A stretch of 64,000 nt of DNA from a virus (IMGVR_UViG_3300037455_000543:347136-411135), one strand, 5' to 3'; numbered from the stretch's first letter, positions 16,857 through 26,553 are shown. A program made the numbers and translations. The notes: a model not told the origin generated them from the sequence alone.

Positions 16857-17247
16857 AAAGAGAGTTTTTTTCTTATATTTAAGAGGTAAAGAAGAGGTCA
16901 TAATGAATAGAATTATCCAGAAGATAAGTATACAATGGGTTCCATTTAAGGAAACTCTCCCGAAAGTCGGCTCATTTATAGTAGCTAAACGCTCTGACGA
17001 AACATTACGTTTTATGTTCGGAACGTTTACTGACAATGGATTTGCATGCCCCGATGGAACATTTATTACTTCGTTACTACATGAACAGTTTGTGTGGTCG
17101 TATGTATCTGATGTTTTCTCTGAACAGACAACAGTGGATTCAAAGACTGACAAAGTGGTCCAAGAAATTCTTGATTCTATTGTTCCGTGAGAATTTAAGG
17201 AGAATTTTTGAATTACGAAAAAAGTAGGCTTATACGATGAAAAGAGA
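16817..17247 (+). repeat. perfect 47-bp direct repeat (16817-16863 and 17201-17247) flanking one gene
   Basis: AGAATTTTTGAATTACGAAAAAAGTAGGCTTATACGATGAAAAGAGA occurs twice. Confidence 0.95.
16903..17190 (+). CDS. DUF551-like hypothetical protein
   Basis: WVPFKETLP...WSY pattern; SD GAGG. Confidence 0.55.
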   Translation: MNRIIQKISIQWVPFKETLPKVGSFIVAKRSDETLRFMFGTFTDNGFACPDGTFITSLLHEQFVWSYVSDVFSEQTTVDSKTDKVVQEILDSIVP

Positions 17248-17539
17248 ATATGCTTTAATTACAAGGGCTTCTGTTTTTTGGAGTTCTATTGGTATTTTGA
17301 TTGTATATATGCTAATCGGATTAGCTCCATCTATTATGTTGGTATCTGCTAATCAACGTGGCCAATATGCATTAGGTCCATGCTTTTATTGTAGGAATTG
17401 TAATTCTCCTGAAACAGCTGGAAAATATAGTGGTTATTCGACTATTGTAGATACTGTCTGGACAAATAAGGATTATAGTAATCTTGAAAATAAACCGCAA
17501 ACTATGATGGTTAACGGCAAAGAATACATCCTTAAATAA
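17237..17539 (+). CDS. membrane-anchored protein with CxxCxxC (paralog of 14445)
   Basis: N-terminal TM segment; CFYCRNC. Confidence 0.65.
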   Translation: MKREYALITRASVFWSSIGILIVYMLIGLAPSIMLVSANQRGQYALGPCFYCRNCNSPETAGKYSGYSTIVDTVWTNKDYSNLENKPQTMMVNGKEYILK

Positions 17540-17543
17540 GACA

Positions 17544-17601
17544 ACTGATTAGATATTATTATATGAACAGGGTTTAAAAATGACCCTACTTTTTCTATAT
17601 T
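17544..17601 (+). promoter_or_regulatory. promoter stem-loop with ACTG box
   Basis: ACTG at 17544; AGGGT/ACCCT hairpin; CTATATT at 17595. Confidence 0.75.
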
Positions 17602-17628
17602 ATAAAGGTAATCAAAAAGGTGATAGTC

Positions 17629-18093
17629 ATGAACGCTGGTTTTAAAAAGACAAAAACTTATAAAGAATTAAAGAAACAAAATAAAGTTAAAAAAGATAAA
17701 TTTGAAACAGAAAATGTCACAATACCTACTCTTGTAGCATTTGTTGTTGGTATTGCTTTTTGTATCAATTTTTTAGGAAAGATCTGGGATTGGATCTATA
17801 AGCCACAGGAAACTGTTGGTTGGTTTTTCCTTGCGGCTGGTGGCTCTACTATTGCAATTTTACTTTTCTTTATTATTGCATTCATTATTGGCGAAATTAT
17901 AAACCTAATTATTGGTGAAATTGTCTATCCAATAATGCTTAAAATTGAAGTAAGTAGTGAAGATAATTTTAACAGAATAAAGCGCGAATATCGAGACTGG
18001 ATGGACGAGATATATTGCGAATTCAATCATTACTATCCAGCTGACTTATCATCAAAAAGGACAATCAACAATTCATGGAGGAATAATGCCTAA
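17629..18093 (+). CDS. membrane protein
   Basis: Two hydrophobic segments; SD AAGGTGA. Confidence 0.7.
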   Translation: MNAGFKKTKTYKELKKQNKVKKDKFETENVTIPTLVAFVVGIAFCINFLGKIWDWIYKPQETVGWFFLAAGGSTIAILLFFIIAFIIGEIINLIIGEIVYPIMLKIEVSSEDNFNRIKREYRDWMDEIYCEFNHYYPADLSSKRTINNSWRNNA

Positions 18094-18769
18094 GAATGAA
18101 ACTACAGTTGAACAATATGTAGAAGCTGTTAAGCTTTATAAGAAACTCGAAGATAAGGCTAAAGTATTCTTTGACTTGATTGCAAATTTTGGTGAACGTT
18201 TGCATAATGTATATCGTTCGCATAAAAAAGCAGAGGCAATTTTTGATGAACTAACAGATGAGCTTAGTATTGAATGGCTGGTCTATGATGATGTAATTGA
18301 CGGAATATTGGAAGAAAGCTCAATAGATATTAATTATATTGAGGTGCCGGCTGGTATCAAGAAAATGACTGGGATTTATATCATAAATTGGTATAATGAC
18401 AAGCATGACCATATTTGTATTCCGCTCAAGTATCTTATGGATTTATCGGAAGTAAGAGCTATCATTAAAAAATATGATAAGATTATTGATGCAGATGAAA
18501 AGAAATTTGCCGCATATAAAAGAGACGATGTTGTTGGAAAAGTTCTTGAAGAGATGCTTGAACAGGGTTTTAATAAGTATAAGAGAAATCCGGCACTTAT
18601 CGTAAAGAATTTTGACAGTATTGGCAAGTCTATATTTGATGATTACTGGGAAGAATTCGCTATCAAGATTGAAGGCGCAGATGTTCGGCATATTAATAAT
18701 AAGTATGTTGTAAGTATCGCCTATACAGTAGACGAGGGCAATATCCAGGTATTTCTTGCAGAAATCTGA
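18086..18769 (+). CDS. hypothetical protein
   Basis: SD GGAGG; 227 aa. Confidence 0.8.
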   Translation: MPKNETTVEQYVEAVKLYKKLEDKAKVFFDLIANFGERLHNVYRSHKKAEAIFDELTDELSIEWLVYDDVIDGILEESSIDINYIEVPAGIKKMTGIYIINWYNDKHDHICIPLKYLMDLSEVRAIIKKYDKIIDADEKKFAAYKRDDVVGKVLEEMLEQGFNKYKRNPALIVKNFDSIGKSIFDDYWEEFAIKIEGADVRHINNKYVVSIAYTVDEGNIQVFLAEI

Positions 18770-18777
18770 TATAGATA

Positions 18778-18835
18778 ACTGAGAAAATATAATATGACAA
18801 GTAAGGTTTAATAACGACCTTACTTTTTCTATATT
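18778..18835 (+). promoter_or_regulatory. promoter/terminator stem-loop with ACTG box
   Basis: ACTG at 18778; AGTAAGGT/ACCTTACT hairpin; CTATATT at 18829. Confidence 0.8.
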
Positions 18836-18896
18836 ATAAAGGTAGTCGTCGATTTATGATTACGCATCCAACATTAGTCAAGTAAAGGAGAAAACT

Positions 18897-19241
18897 ATGT
18901 TTAATGAACAATGGGCGGAAAAAATGCTTAAACATTATTCAACTGTGCTAGGCATCAGTTCTGAAGATGTAATTGCATATTTTAGCGAGCAAATGCTAAA
19001 TTTCGGTCTTCGTAGACAATTTGACCATATCAGGTTTGATAGCGGTAAAGAAAAGTTTGTTCCGATTGAACCGATTAATCTGAATGATTGTGATTTTAGT
19101 CGTAACCGTGTTATCAAGATTGATTCACCGTCTAAAGATTTTCCGGTTGAAAAATTTAGCGATAAGCTAATTAAAGAATGGGAACAGCCAGATTATTATA
19201 AAGAAAGTTTGCATAAGCTTTTAAAAGAACACGGTTATTAA
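18897..19241 (+). CDS. hypothetical protein
   Basis: SD AAGGAG. Confidence 0.75.
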   Translation: MFNEQWAEKMLKHYSTVLGISSEDVIAYFSEQMLNFGLRRQFDHIRFDSGKEKFVPIEPINLNDCDFSRNRVIKIDSPSKDFPVEKFSDKLIKEWEQPDYYKESLHKLLKEHGY

Positions 19242-19262
19242 TCAACTAACGGAGCGGACTAA

Positions 19263-19880
19263 ATGAACTTGGGAAAAGATCCATTGTGCTATTCTAAAGC
19301 ATACAGGCATAAGCTAAGAGAAATCTATAAGTCTATTATTGATTATCGCAAAGCTAATCCTTGCAAAGACCAATATTTTGAAATCCATCATATTATTCCT
19401 AAGCATATATGCAAGAAACTTGGAATTGATATGAATTCAATTAATAATAAGGTTCAACTGTCTGTAAAAGAACATGCGTTTGTCCATATGATTCTTGACA
19501 GAACACGTGGCTTTAAAGTTATTGGTAGTAAAAGCCTTAAGCGTATTGCGGAAAACAAGATTAATGGCTATAAACAAACTGGATTGGAAAAGGTAGGAAA
19601 GCCTATTCTTACTAGTGAAGATCGCCATGTGATTAATCTTGGCCGTAAAGAAGTGCTTGCAAAATATAAAAAGAAAATCAATGACTATATTATTACCAAA
19701 GCATCGGCAACTGACTTTTATCATGCTATTTGTGACGTTCTCAGAAAAAAGCTTAATATTCCAAACGAAATTGAATTTAACATGTCGAAAAATATTACAG
19801 GCCATTTGAGAAATAGCATTCCTACGGCATTAACGTTAGGTTTATCGGTAAAAACATTGCTGCGAACTGAAGTAAAATAA
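19263..19880 (+). CDS. HNH (homing-type) endonuclease
   Basis: EIHHIIPK...N...LSVKEHAFVH, as in T4 Mob-like HNH proteins. Confidence 0.75.
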   Translation: MNLGKDPLCYSKAYRHKLREIYKSIIDYRKANPCKDQYFEIHHIIPKHICKKLGIDMNSINNKVQLSVKEHAFVHMILDRTRGFKVIGSKSLKRIAENKINGYKQTGLEKVGKPILTSEDRHVINLGRKEVLAKYKKKINDYIITKASATDFYHAICDVLRKKLNIPNEIEFNMSKNITGHLRNSIPTALTLGLSVKTLLRTEVK

Positions 19881-19923
19881 GATTAAAATAAAGATTGACA
19901 ATTAGTCAGTCTTTTTCTATATT
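19866..19923 (+). promoter_or_regulatory. promoter/terminator stem-loop with ACTG box
   Basis: ACTG at 19866; AAGATTGAC/GTCAGTCTT hairpin; TTGACA-17-TATATT. Confidence 0.85.
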
Positions 19924-19940
19924 ATAATTTAGAGGAAAAA

Positions 19941-20795
19941 ATGAAAAAAGAATTTATTAAGACCGAGCATATTACTCTTGATGGCCATGTATTAACAGAA
20001 GATGAAAAAGCTCGTGAAGATCGAATTGACAAGGATCAATATTGGCTTGATCGTCATGAAAAATTATGGCAAGAGGGTGTTGAAGCTAAACCTGAGCATT
20101 ATGCCTTAGGTGCTGTAGAATGCGCCCGTCGTGCTGATTATTGTGAAAGACGTCATTTGTGTGGATATAAACATGATGTCATTATCAAATGGTATTGGAA
20201 GAAGGATGATGGCACGACTGAAATCGAAGAAACTGAAAATTATTTAGCAAGCACATGGAATAAAATTAATTTGTTCAGATGCGCTGCCCAATATTGGTCA
20301 AGCATAGCTCGACAGGTTCAACGTAAAGAAGAACTTGAAAATCCGTTGCACATGCATGTTGAACATAAAGATATTATTATCACTGACCCATGCTACATTG
20401 CCAAGGAATGGGATAAATTTTATGATAAATATGTAACTCGCCCAGTTAGCCGACTTGATGTTCCAGCTGATGAAAGATGTAACGGTGAAAATATCTTGAT
20501 GAGAGATACGATTTATGGTGACTGGTCTTGTCATGTATTCAATGAAAAGAAAGAGTCTATCGGTCGTTTCTGTGCGGATGCGGGTATGGTTTGTATCGCA
20601 GTCCTGGGTGAGAATCCTGATATCGATCCGGAAAAGGTAAAAGAAATTTCAAAAAAAGACTGGTGTGCTACAATTCTTAAAGATTATACTGGCGATCTTT
20701 ATATCAAACGTGCACCTACTGAAGGTTCGTATGATGAAATTTACGTTGAAGGCGTCGGTTCAATCAATTTCACGTCAAGGCAGACTGGCCTGTAA
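19941..20795 (+). CDS. conserved phage hypothetical protein
   Basis: IIITDPCY...TIYGDW...GRFCADAGMVC motifs. Confidence 0.75.
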   Translation: MKKEFIKTEHITLDGHVLTEDEKAREDRIDKDQYWLDRHEKLWQEGVEAKPEHYALGAVECARRADYCERRHLCGYKHDVIIKWYWKKDDGTTEIEETENYLASTWNKINLFRCAAQYWSSIARQVQRKEELENPLHMHVEHKDIIITDPCYIAKEWDKFYDKYVTRPVSRLDVPADERCNGENILMRDTIYGDWSCHVFNEKKESIGRFCADAGMVCIAVLGENPDIDPEKVKEISKKDWCATILKDYTGDLYIKRAPTEGSYDEIYVEGVGSINFTSRQTGL

Positions 20796-20801
20796 TGGTT
20801 G

Positions 20802-20859
20802 ACTGAACAAATATAATATGGTAAGTAAGGTTTAATATCGGTCTTATTTTTTCTATATT
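20802..20859 (+). promoter_or_regulatory. promoter stem-loop with ACTG box
   Basis: ACTG at 20802, CTATATT at 20853. Confidence 0.75.
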
Positions 20860-20883
20860 AAGGATATAAAAGGAATATTAATT

Positions 20884-21333
20884 ATGTGTGCTACACTTGA
20901 AGAGTTTAAAAAGGCTAAAAAAATTACAGATGAAGTTGAAGATAAACTGTATTCGATGGTGTCTGACTTTAACAGATTCTATCCGCATAGCCGTTCATAT
21001 GAAAATATTGAATTCCGAGAGGGGCAGGACTATGCAATTATTCATTATGAAGAATATTGCATGGGCGAAAGTGATTCTTATGATGACTGGATTATTCCCA
21101 CGTCAATTATTGAAGATTATATTGCTGGTAACAAGGAAAAGGCAATGAATGCCATGCGAGAATACAGGGCGGAAGAAAAACGCAGAATCGAAGAAGAAAG
21201 AAAGCGTCGTGAGGAAGAAGCTAAAAAGCAAAGGGAACGAGAACTCGCTTTGGCCGCAGAAAGAAAAGAAAAAGCAGATTATGAGCTTTGGAAAAAGTTA
21301 AATGAAAAATACGGGAGTAAAACAAATGCCTAG
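20884..21333 (+). CDS. hypothetical protein with charged C-terminal helix (paralog of 62027)
   Basis: E/K/R-rich tail ending LWKKLNEKYG. Confidence 0.75.
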   Translation: MCATLEEFKKAKKITDEVEDKLYSMVSDFNRFYPHSRSYENIEFREGQDYAIIHYEEYCMGESDSYDDWIIPTSIIEDYIAGNKEKAMNAMREYRAEEKRRIEEERKRREEEAKKQRERELALAAERKEKADYELWKKLNEKYGSKTNA

Positions 21334-21520
21334 ACAATATTGCGTTCAGCTACTTAATCTAACAACTGGAAAAACAAGCCTGTATATTTGTAAGGCGAAT
21401 AACATTTATGAAGCTCTTAAAATCAGTGGTGTAATTCCAAAAGATGCTGATGTAACAGCAGACACTAAATGGGAAACGAACTACAAGTTGGAAACATTAT
21501 ATTCCGAGCCGGTTGACTAA
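21326..21520 (+). CDS. small hypothetical protein
   Basis: SD GGGAG; overlaps the upstream stop. Confidence 0.6.
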   Translation: MPRQYCVQLLNLTTGKTSLYICKANNIYEALKISGVIPKDADVTADTKWETNYKLETLYSEPVD

Positions 21521-21541
21521 AATCAAAATATTATTTAAACG

Positions 21542-21574
21542 AAGATTGACGAAAGTCAGTCTTTTTTCTATATT
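21542..21574 (+). promoter_or_regulatory. promoter/terminator stem-loop
   Basis: AAGATTGAC-GAAA-GTCAGTCTT hairpin; TTGACG-17-TATATT. Confidence 0.85.
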
Positions 21575-21600
21575 ATAAAGGTAATCAAAAGGAGTCAATA

Positions 21601-22281
21601 ATGTTCAATTTCTTCAAAAAGAAAACGTTTGATATTGAAAGCGTCAATGAATTAATGGCACGAAACGATAAGTTTTATTTTGATACCAATTATGATCTCG
21701 TTCGTATTAAAGGAACCTCAATTTTTGGATCTTTGCAGGATTTAACATTTAAGTCTGTCGAAGTTGACGGAGAAGATTTCAAAGTTCAAGAAAGTATTTC
21801 CAAGGGCGGATATAAGGTTGGCGATGAAATTTTTTGGAAAATGCCATTTACTGAAATAGAACGTGAAATGCTTGTTTATAAGATTAACGGTAAAACAAGT
21901 ATTTGCGAAGAAACTATTCAAAATGCAGTCAAAAAGTATGAATATAACAAAAAGTATGTATTCAATCCGACTTTGGCGACACAGAGGAATGGTTTGAACT
22001 GGTTCTTCCTCATTTGTCTTCGTCCGACGGATATTAATCCTTATTTTGAATTCCTTGACCAGCAAGAAGCAACAGAATATATTGTCGAATACAGAAATTA
22101 TGTATTAAAGGAATTTCAAAAACGTTCGGACGATGGAAAATATCAATTCGATATGGTCGTAACTGTTGAACCGTATTTGACTTGGCTTGATCAAAATAAG
22201 GAAAAGCTCGATGTCGAAAAACATCGCAGGGAAGAAAACGAAAAATGCAAAGACATTTTTGATATGATTAGGAGAGCTTAA
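21601..22281 (+). CDS. hypothetical protein
   Basis: SD AAGGAG. Confidence 0.8.
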   Translation: MFNFFKKKTFDIESVNELMARNDKFYFDTNYDLVRIKGTSIFGSLQDLTFKSVEVDGEDFKVQESISKGGYKVGDEIFWKMPFTEIEREMLVYKINGKTSICEETIQNAVKKYEYNKKYVFNPTLATQRNGLNWFFLICLRPTDINPYFEFLDQQEATEYIVEYRNYVLKEFQKRSDDGKYQFDMVVTVEPYLTWLDQNKEKLDVEKHRREENEKCKDIFDMIRRA

Positions 22282-22622
22282 TGAAAACGAATTTTGCAAA
22301 TTTTATGGAAGCTGAACGTTATCTTAGGAAACATCTGGATCTTCCTAAGAAAGTTCGAATCAAGACAGAATATAATTTGTTTACTGTTAAGGCAAATGAT
22401 AAGCATCCTGATATTCGTGCATTACGTCAATATCTCGATTTTGAATATCATGGCAAGAATGCGGGTGTTGGTGTTGTCGAACAGTATAAGCCTGAAGTAA
22501 AGAAAGGTGAATGGGTTATGACTGTTGATGGTAATAAGCCATGGATTTTCGTGGAAACTGAAAACTTTAAGGAAATTACTGAAGAGGAATTTATTTCTAA
22601 GATTAACGGAATTCTTGAATGA
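22281..22622 (+). CDS. hypothetical protein
   Basis: TAATG coupling. Confidence 0.7.
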   Translation: MKTNFANFMEAERYLRKHLDLPKKVRIKTEYNLFTVKANDKHPDIRALRQYLDFEYHGKNAGVGVVEQYKPEVKKGEWVMTVDGNKPWIFVETENFKEITEEEFISKINGILE

Positions 22623-23515
22623 AAACACTTTATAACTTTATAGAAGAAACATATCATATTGATTTGAGTCAAAGCAAGTTCACAATCAATGTGACTAATG
22701 TAAAGAATGGTTCACGACCCGATTACTGGACTATGAAGCTATGGGACGGAACAATCAAGGATTGGGAATTGTCTAATCTTATTGCTTGGACTGGTAAACG
22801 TGATATGGTTCTGTGGAAACCTGGAACATATATTATCCAGATCTATAAGACTGATGCTGGTAGTTATCTTCTGGGTTCTCTGTTTAAAGTTATTAGTTGC
22901 ACTAAGAATCCGAATTTTGGTAAACCTGTTGAAGAATGTGACAGAAGTCTTTATTCTGCGGAAACTGGTTGTAATGAGCCGAATACCAGATATACATATC
23001 GGTTTGAACAAATCGATCTGAATATGTATCGTGGTTGGCCCATTAAGTTGGATTTCAAAATGAATCAGGCTTATCAGCTTGATTGCAAGACATGGAAAGA
23101 TAAAATCTTAATGGAACCGATTTCGACTTATACAGCCCATAAATTTCCAGGTTATAAAAATGTCGATCACAGCTTAATAGATTTGAAAAGCTTAATAGAT
23201 TTACCAGAATGGAAAATCGCTTTAGAAAATCAAAAAGGCGTATATATGCATACTGATATGCTTAATGGAAAACATTATATTGGTAGTGCATATGGTAAAG
23301 CAAGATTGTGGAGTAGGCTAAAAGAATATACAGTAACTGGGCATGGTGGTAATTTGGGCTTAATAGAATTAGGTGCAGATTATATTTTTAAAAATTTCAA
23401 AACTTGTATTCTTGAAGAATGCCCGGATAATATGAGTGACGAAGAAATTATCCAACGTGAAAATATGTATAAGGATAAATTTATGACTCGCGAATTTGGC
23501 TATAACAAAAACTAA
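22619..23515 (+). CDS. GIY-YIG nuclease family protein
   Basis: GVYMHTD...KHYIGSAYG...R...ILEE...RE...YNKN. Confidence 0.85.
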   Translation: MKTLYNFIEETYHIDLSQSKFTINVTNVKNGSRPDYWTMKLWDGTIKDWELSNLIAWTGKRDMVLWKPGTYIIQIYKTDAGSYLLGSLFKVISCTKNPNFGKPVEECDRSLYSAETGCNEPNTRYTYRFEQIDLNMYRGWPIKLDFKMNQAYQLDCKTWKDKILMEPISTYTAHKFPGYKNVDHSLIDLKSLIDLPEWKIALENQKGVYMHTDMLNGKHYIGSAYGKARLWSRLKEYTVTGHGGNLGLIELGADYIFKNFKTCILEECPDNMSDEEIIQRENMYKDKFMTREFGYNKN

Positions 23516-23532
23516 TAAAAGGAAATCAGACA

Positions 23533-23754
23533 ATGGCAGAATTTACAAAAACCGTATATGTTCCGATTGAAATTACGACAAGTAATAAACTTACGGATGA
23601 ACAGGCGCTTAAAATCGCCGAGATTATTTTTGACGATACTTCGAATAGTGTAGAAGTAGTTAGTAAAGAGGCACAGATTAAAATTGAAGATTGGGCAGTA
23701 CATAAGCCTGTTACCGGTTGGGATATCGGTAAGAATTATTTACCTAGAGCATAA
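23533..23754 (+). CDS. hypothetical protein
   Basis: SD AAGGA. Confidence 0.65.
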   Translation: MAEFTKTVYVPIEITTSNKLTDEQALKIAEIIFDDTSNSVEVVSKEAQIKIEDWAVHKPVTGWDIGKNYLPRA

Positions 23755-23782
23755 ATTTTAGCTTAATAAAAATTTTCAAAAT

Positions 23783-23824
23783 AAAAAACTGTGTCGAGTC
23801 TCGATACAGTTTTTTTTCTATATT
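23783..23824 (+). terminator. terminator overlapping the next promoter
   Basis: ACTGTGTCGA-GTC-TCGATACAGT plus T-tract, then CTATATT. Confidence 0.75.
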
Positions 23825-23851
23825 TGGATTAAAGTTATAAGAGGTAAAAGA

Positions 23852-24601
23852 ATGAATTATAATATTGAAATGATTAATCTTCTTTCTGAACTTTATCCAA
23901 TTCAACCACAATTGGCTTTTTATAAGGTCGATGACAAGATTGTTTTAAAGGCACAAGAAGTAAGACAGAAACTTGCATATAAGCTTGAAGCACCAACTGA
24001 ATATTTTGATTTCCCAGCTGAAGCATTGAGATTCTATGACTTTAAGAAATTTATGGATTTCTTTAATACGTTCAATGTTGATTCCAAGGATGAACAGTTA
24101 AAAGATACTCCGATTCTTGACGCAACATTACTTGAATCTGGTGAAATTTCAAATATTATCATTGAGTCGTCCAAGGGTAAGCAGAAGTTCTCTTACAGGG
24201 CTGCAATTCCTGGAACAGTCGATGAACCGCAATTTAATAATCTTGCGCTTCCTACTATTGGTGCAAAGGTAACATTGTCTGAAGCACAGATTAATCATTT
24301 GAAGAAGATGGTTAATTTGATTTATGACAAGAGCACTCCGGGCGGAATTAAGATTGAATGTGCTGGCGATACTATGAAAGTTACTTTACACAATATTGTA
24401 ACTTCTAATAGTTATGACATCGAATATAAGCTTAATGGAACAGCGGAAAAGGATTTCAACTTGACTATCAATAGAGAAGGCTTATTGTTGTTACCGTCTG
24501 CATCGTTTGACATCGACGTTGGTCCTAAAGGTTTGATTTTCCACATGCTCAGAGACGACAATATTAAGTTAACAATGGCAATTTCCTATATGAAGGCATA
24601 A
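23852..24601 (+). CDS. T4-like sliding clamp (gp45-like)
   Basis: About 250 aa; FP...FYDFKKF and LLLPSASFDIDV resemble gp45; lies upstream of the clamp loader. Confidence 0.7.
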   Translation: MNYNIEMINLLSELYPIQPQLAFYKVDDKIVLKAQEVRQKLAYKLEAPTEYFDFPAEALRFYDFKKFMDFFNTFNVDSKDEQLKDTPILDATLLESGEISNIIIESSKGKQKFSYRAAIPGTVDEPQFNNLALPTIGAKVTLSEAQINHLKKMVNLIYDKSTPGGIKIECAGDTMKVTLHNIVTSNSYDIEYKLNGTAEKDFNLTINREGLLLLPSASFDIDVGPKGLIFHMLRDDNIKLTMAISYMKA

Positions 24602-24603
24602 TT

Positions 24604-24900
24604 ATGGTTAAAGCAGAAGATTTTTTACCAGAAGATAAGAAAGTAGATATTCGTTCAATGGATCCGTGGCAGGTCATTAAACAGGCTGCAGAGGCTGCAG
24701 GTATTAAGATTAAGAATCCTAAGCCAAATTGTAAGCATTGTAATGGTCGCGGCTATGTAGGTCGTTATGCAGATACTGGTGAACCTATTGCATGTAAATG
24801 TATTTTTGAAAAGGAAGTAACTGACAGAGATACAACTATTGAACAGCAGTATCTTAGACCAAGAAACAGAGCAGAACGTAGAGCATTGAGAAGAGGTTAA
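24604..24900 (+). CDS. small zinc-finger protein
   Basis: CKHCNGRG...CKC; C-terminal NRAERR. Confidence 0.7.
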   Translation: MVKAEDFLPEDKKVDIRSMDPWQVIKQAAEAAGIKIKNPKPNCKHCNGRGYVGRYADTGEPIACKCIFEKEVTDRDTTIEQQYLRPRNRAERRALRRG

Positions 24901-24903
24901 TAA

Positions 24904-25842
24904 ATGGCTGAAGATACAAAAAGTTATGTCTGGGAACATTATTTTAGACCGAAGAGTGTAAAAGATGTTATCATGCCACAAGATTATCATAACTTCTTCA
25001 GTAAGATAATCAAGGGTGGTGCATCACAGAACTTGATTCTTTCCAGTACTACTCCAGGTTCTGGAAAAAGTACGACAGCTCTTGCATTGGCACATGATCT
25101 TGATGCAGAATTCTTGTTCTTAAATGCATCTGATGATAATGGCATTGATACAATTAGAGAAATGGTTCCTAACTTTGCATCGACTGGTTCTCATAATGGT
25201 AATCCAAAAATTATCATTTTTGACGAAGCTGATGGTATGACTCCTAAGGGACAGGAAGCGTTAAGAAACTACATCGACAAGTATCAGGACAATTGTAGAT
25301 TTATTTTGACCTGTAACCATATTGCAAGAATTATCAAGCCACTTAAGGAAGAAGGTGGCAGAACGATGGTTTTTGATTATGACTTAAAGAATCCTAAGTA
25401 TATCGAAGAGCTTAGAGATAAAATCTATAAGCGAATGGAAGGTATATTGAAGTTCGAAAAAGTTCCGTTCGAAGAAAAGGCAGTCAGAGACTTAATAAAT
25501 CTAAAGTTCCCATCTATCCGTTCTATTGTCGCTACTTTACAAAAGTATGCTATGATGAAGGATAAGATTGATATGGATATTATTCCGTATGTTCAAATAG
25601 GTGACGAATTTACAAATATCGTCCTCAGCAAGAACTTAACGGATTGTAGAAAATATATCAATGAACATGGTTTATTCCCGGTCGATGTGTTCTGTTACTT
25701 AATGGATAATATCGTTCCTAAATGCACGAATAAAGGTGATGCTATTACACAGATTGCAAACTATGAATACCAGTCAAACTTGTCGTCTGACCCGTCTATT
25801 CAAATTGCAGCATGTTTGGTTAACCTGTTCCAATGTATCTAA
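24904..25842 (+). CDS. T4-like clamp loader ATPase subunit (gp44/RFC-like)
   Basis: WEHYFRPK, PGSGKST, LNASD, FDEAD, QEALR, FILTCN. Confidence 0.9.
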   Translation: MAEDTKSYVWEHYFRPKSVKDVIMPQDYHNFFSKIIKGGASQNLILSSTTPGSGKSTTALALAHDLDAEFLFLNASDDNGIDTIREMVPNFASTGSHNGNPKIIIFDEADGMTPKGQEALRNYIDKYQDNCRFILTCNHIARIIKPLKEEGGRTMVFDYDLKNPKYIEELRDKIYKRMEGILKFEKVPFEEKAVRDLINLKFPSIRSIVATLQKYAMMKDKIDMDIIPYVQIGDEFTNIVLSKNLTDCRKYINEHGLFPVDVFCYLMDNIVPKCTNKGDAITQIANYEYQSNLSSDPSIQIAACLVNLFQCI

Positions 25843-26081
25843 TGTCTGAATTATTTAGATATGATTCCGATAAATTGAATCGTAAGCAGTTAATAATTGC
25901 TTACGGTTCTGATATTGAAAATATAGAAAAAGAAATTCAGAATTTAGAAAGTGTATTAAATAATAAAAAATATAAAAAACTAATGAGTAGGGACAAATAT
26001 ACTGAAGTCTACTCTAAATTAATGGATTTGAAAGCATTAAAGGACTTATTGCTATTTGAAAAAGATCTTTCATTAATTTAG
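25842..26081 (+). CDS. small coiled-coil protein
   Basis: TAATG coupling; resembles the ValRS C-terminal arm. Confidence 0.6.
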   Translation: MSELFRYDSDKLNRKQLIIAYGSDIENIEKEIQNLESVLNNKKYKKLMSRDKYTEVYSKLMDLKALKDLLLFEKDLSLI

Positions 26082-26115
26082 GTTGACAATATAAAGTATA
26101 TTTGCTATATTAATT

Positions 26116-26553
26116 ATGAAAAAGAAAATACTTTATATATTGCGTGGTGTTCCAGGATCTGGAAAATCTACATATGCTAAGGAAATAATGACAAATCGGT
26201 GCGATAGCATTGGTGAGCATTATGAAGCGGATATGTATTTTATGGATAATGGAATGTATAATTGGAATGCTGATAAGCTTTACTATGCACATAAGTGGTG
26301 TTACTTTAGTGTGTGTAAGGCGATGGATAAGCCGTCCAACGATTATGTAATTGTTTCTAATACATTCGTATTGAACAAGGACATAAAGCCTTATATAAAG
26401 GCTGCAGAAGAAAGAGGATGGGAAGTAAGCGTTTTAAGATTGTCTAACAATTTTAATAATGTCCATTCTGTTCCGGCTGAAGTTGTTCAGGGAATGTTGG
26501 ATAAGTTCCAAGATTATCCTGGCGAAATAAAGCTTGCTAAAGTTGAAGTATGA
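26116..26553 (+). CDS. P-loop kinase (AAA_33/N4BP2-like)
   Basis: LRGVPGSGKST, EADMYF, AHKWC, VSNTF, NVHSVP; leaderless after TTGACA-17-TATATT. Confidence 0.85.
   Translation: MKKKILYILRGVPGSGKSTYAKEIMTNRCDSIGEHYEADMYFMDNGMYNWNADKLYYAHKWCYFSVCKAMDKPSNDYVIVSNTFVLNKDIKPYIKAAEERGWEVSVLRLSNNFNNVHSVPAEVVQGMLDKFQDYPGEIKLAKVEV

Noticed and set aside
23171-23202. Tandem 14-bp duplication AGCTTAATAGATTT in the GIY-YIG gene
   Set aside because: It is an in-frame 18-nt-period micro-duplication (SLIDLK-SLIDL) with no sign of function.
19263-23515. HNH or GIY-YIG genes as intron-encoded mobile elements
   Set aside because: Both are free-standing and translationally embedded in operons, and no split host gene flanks them.
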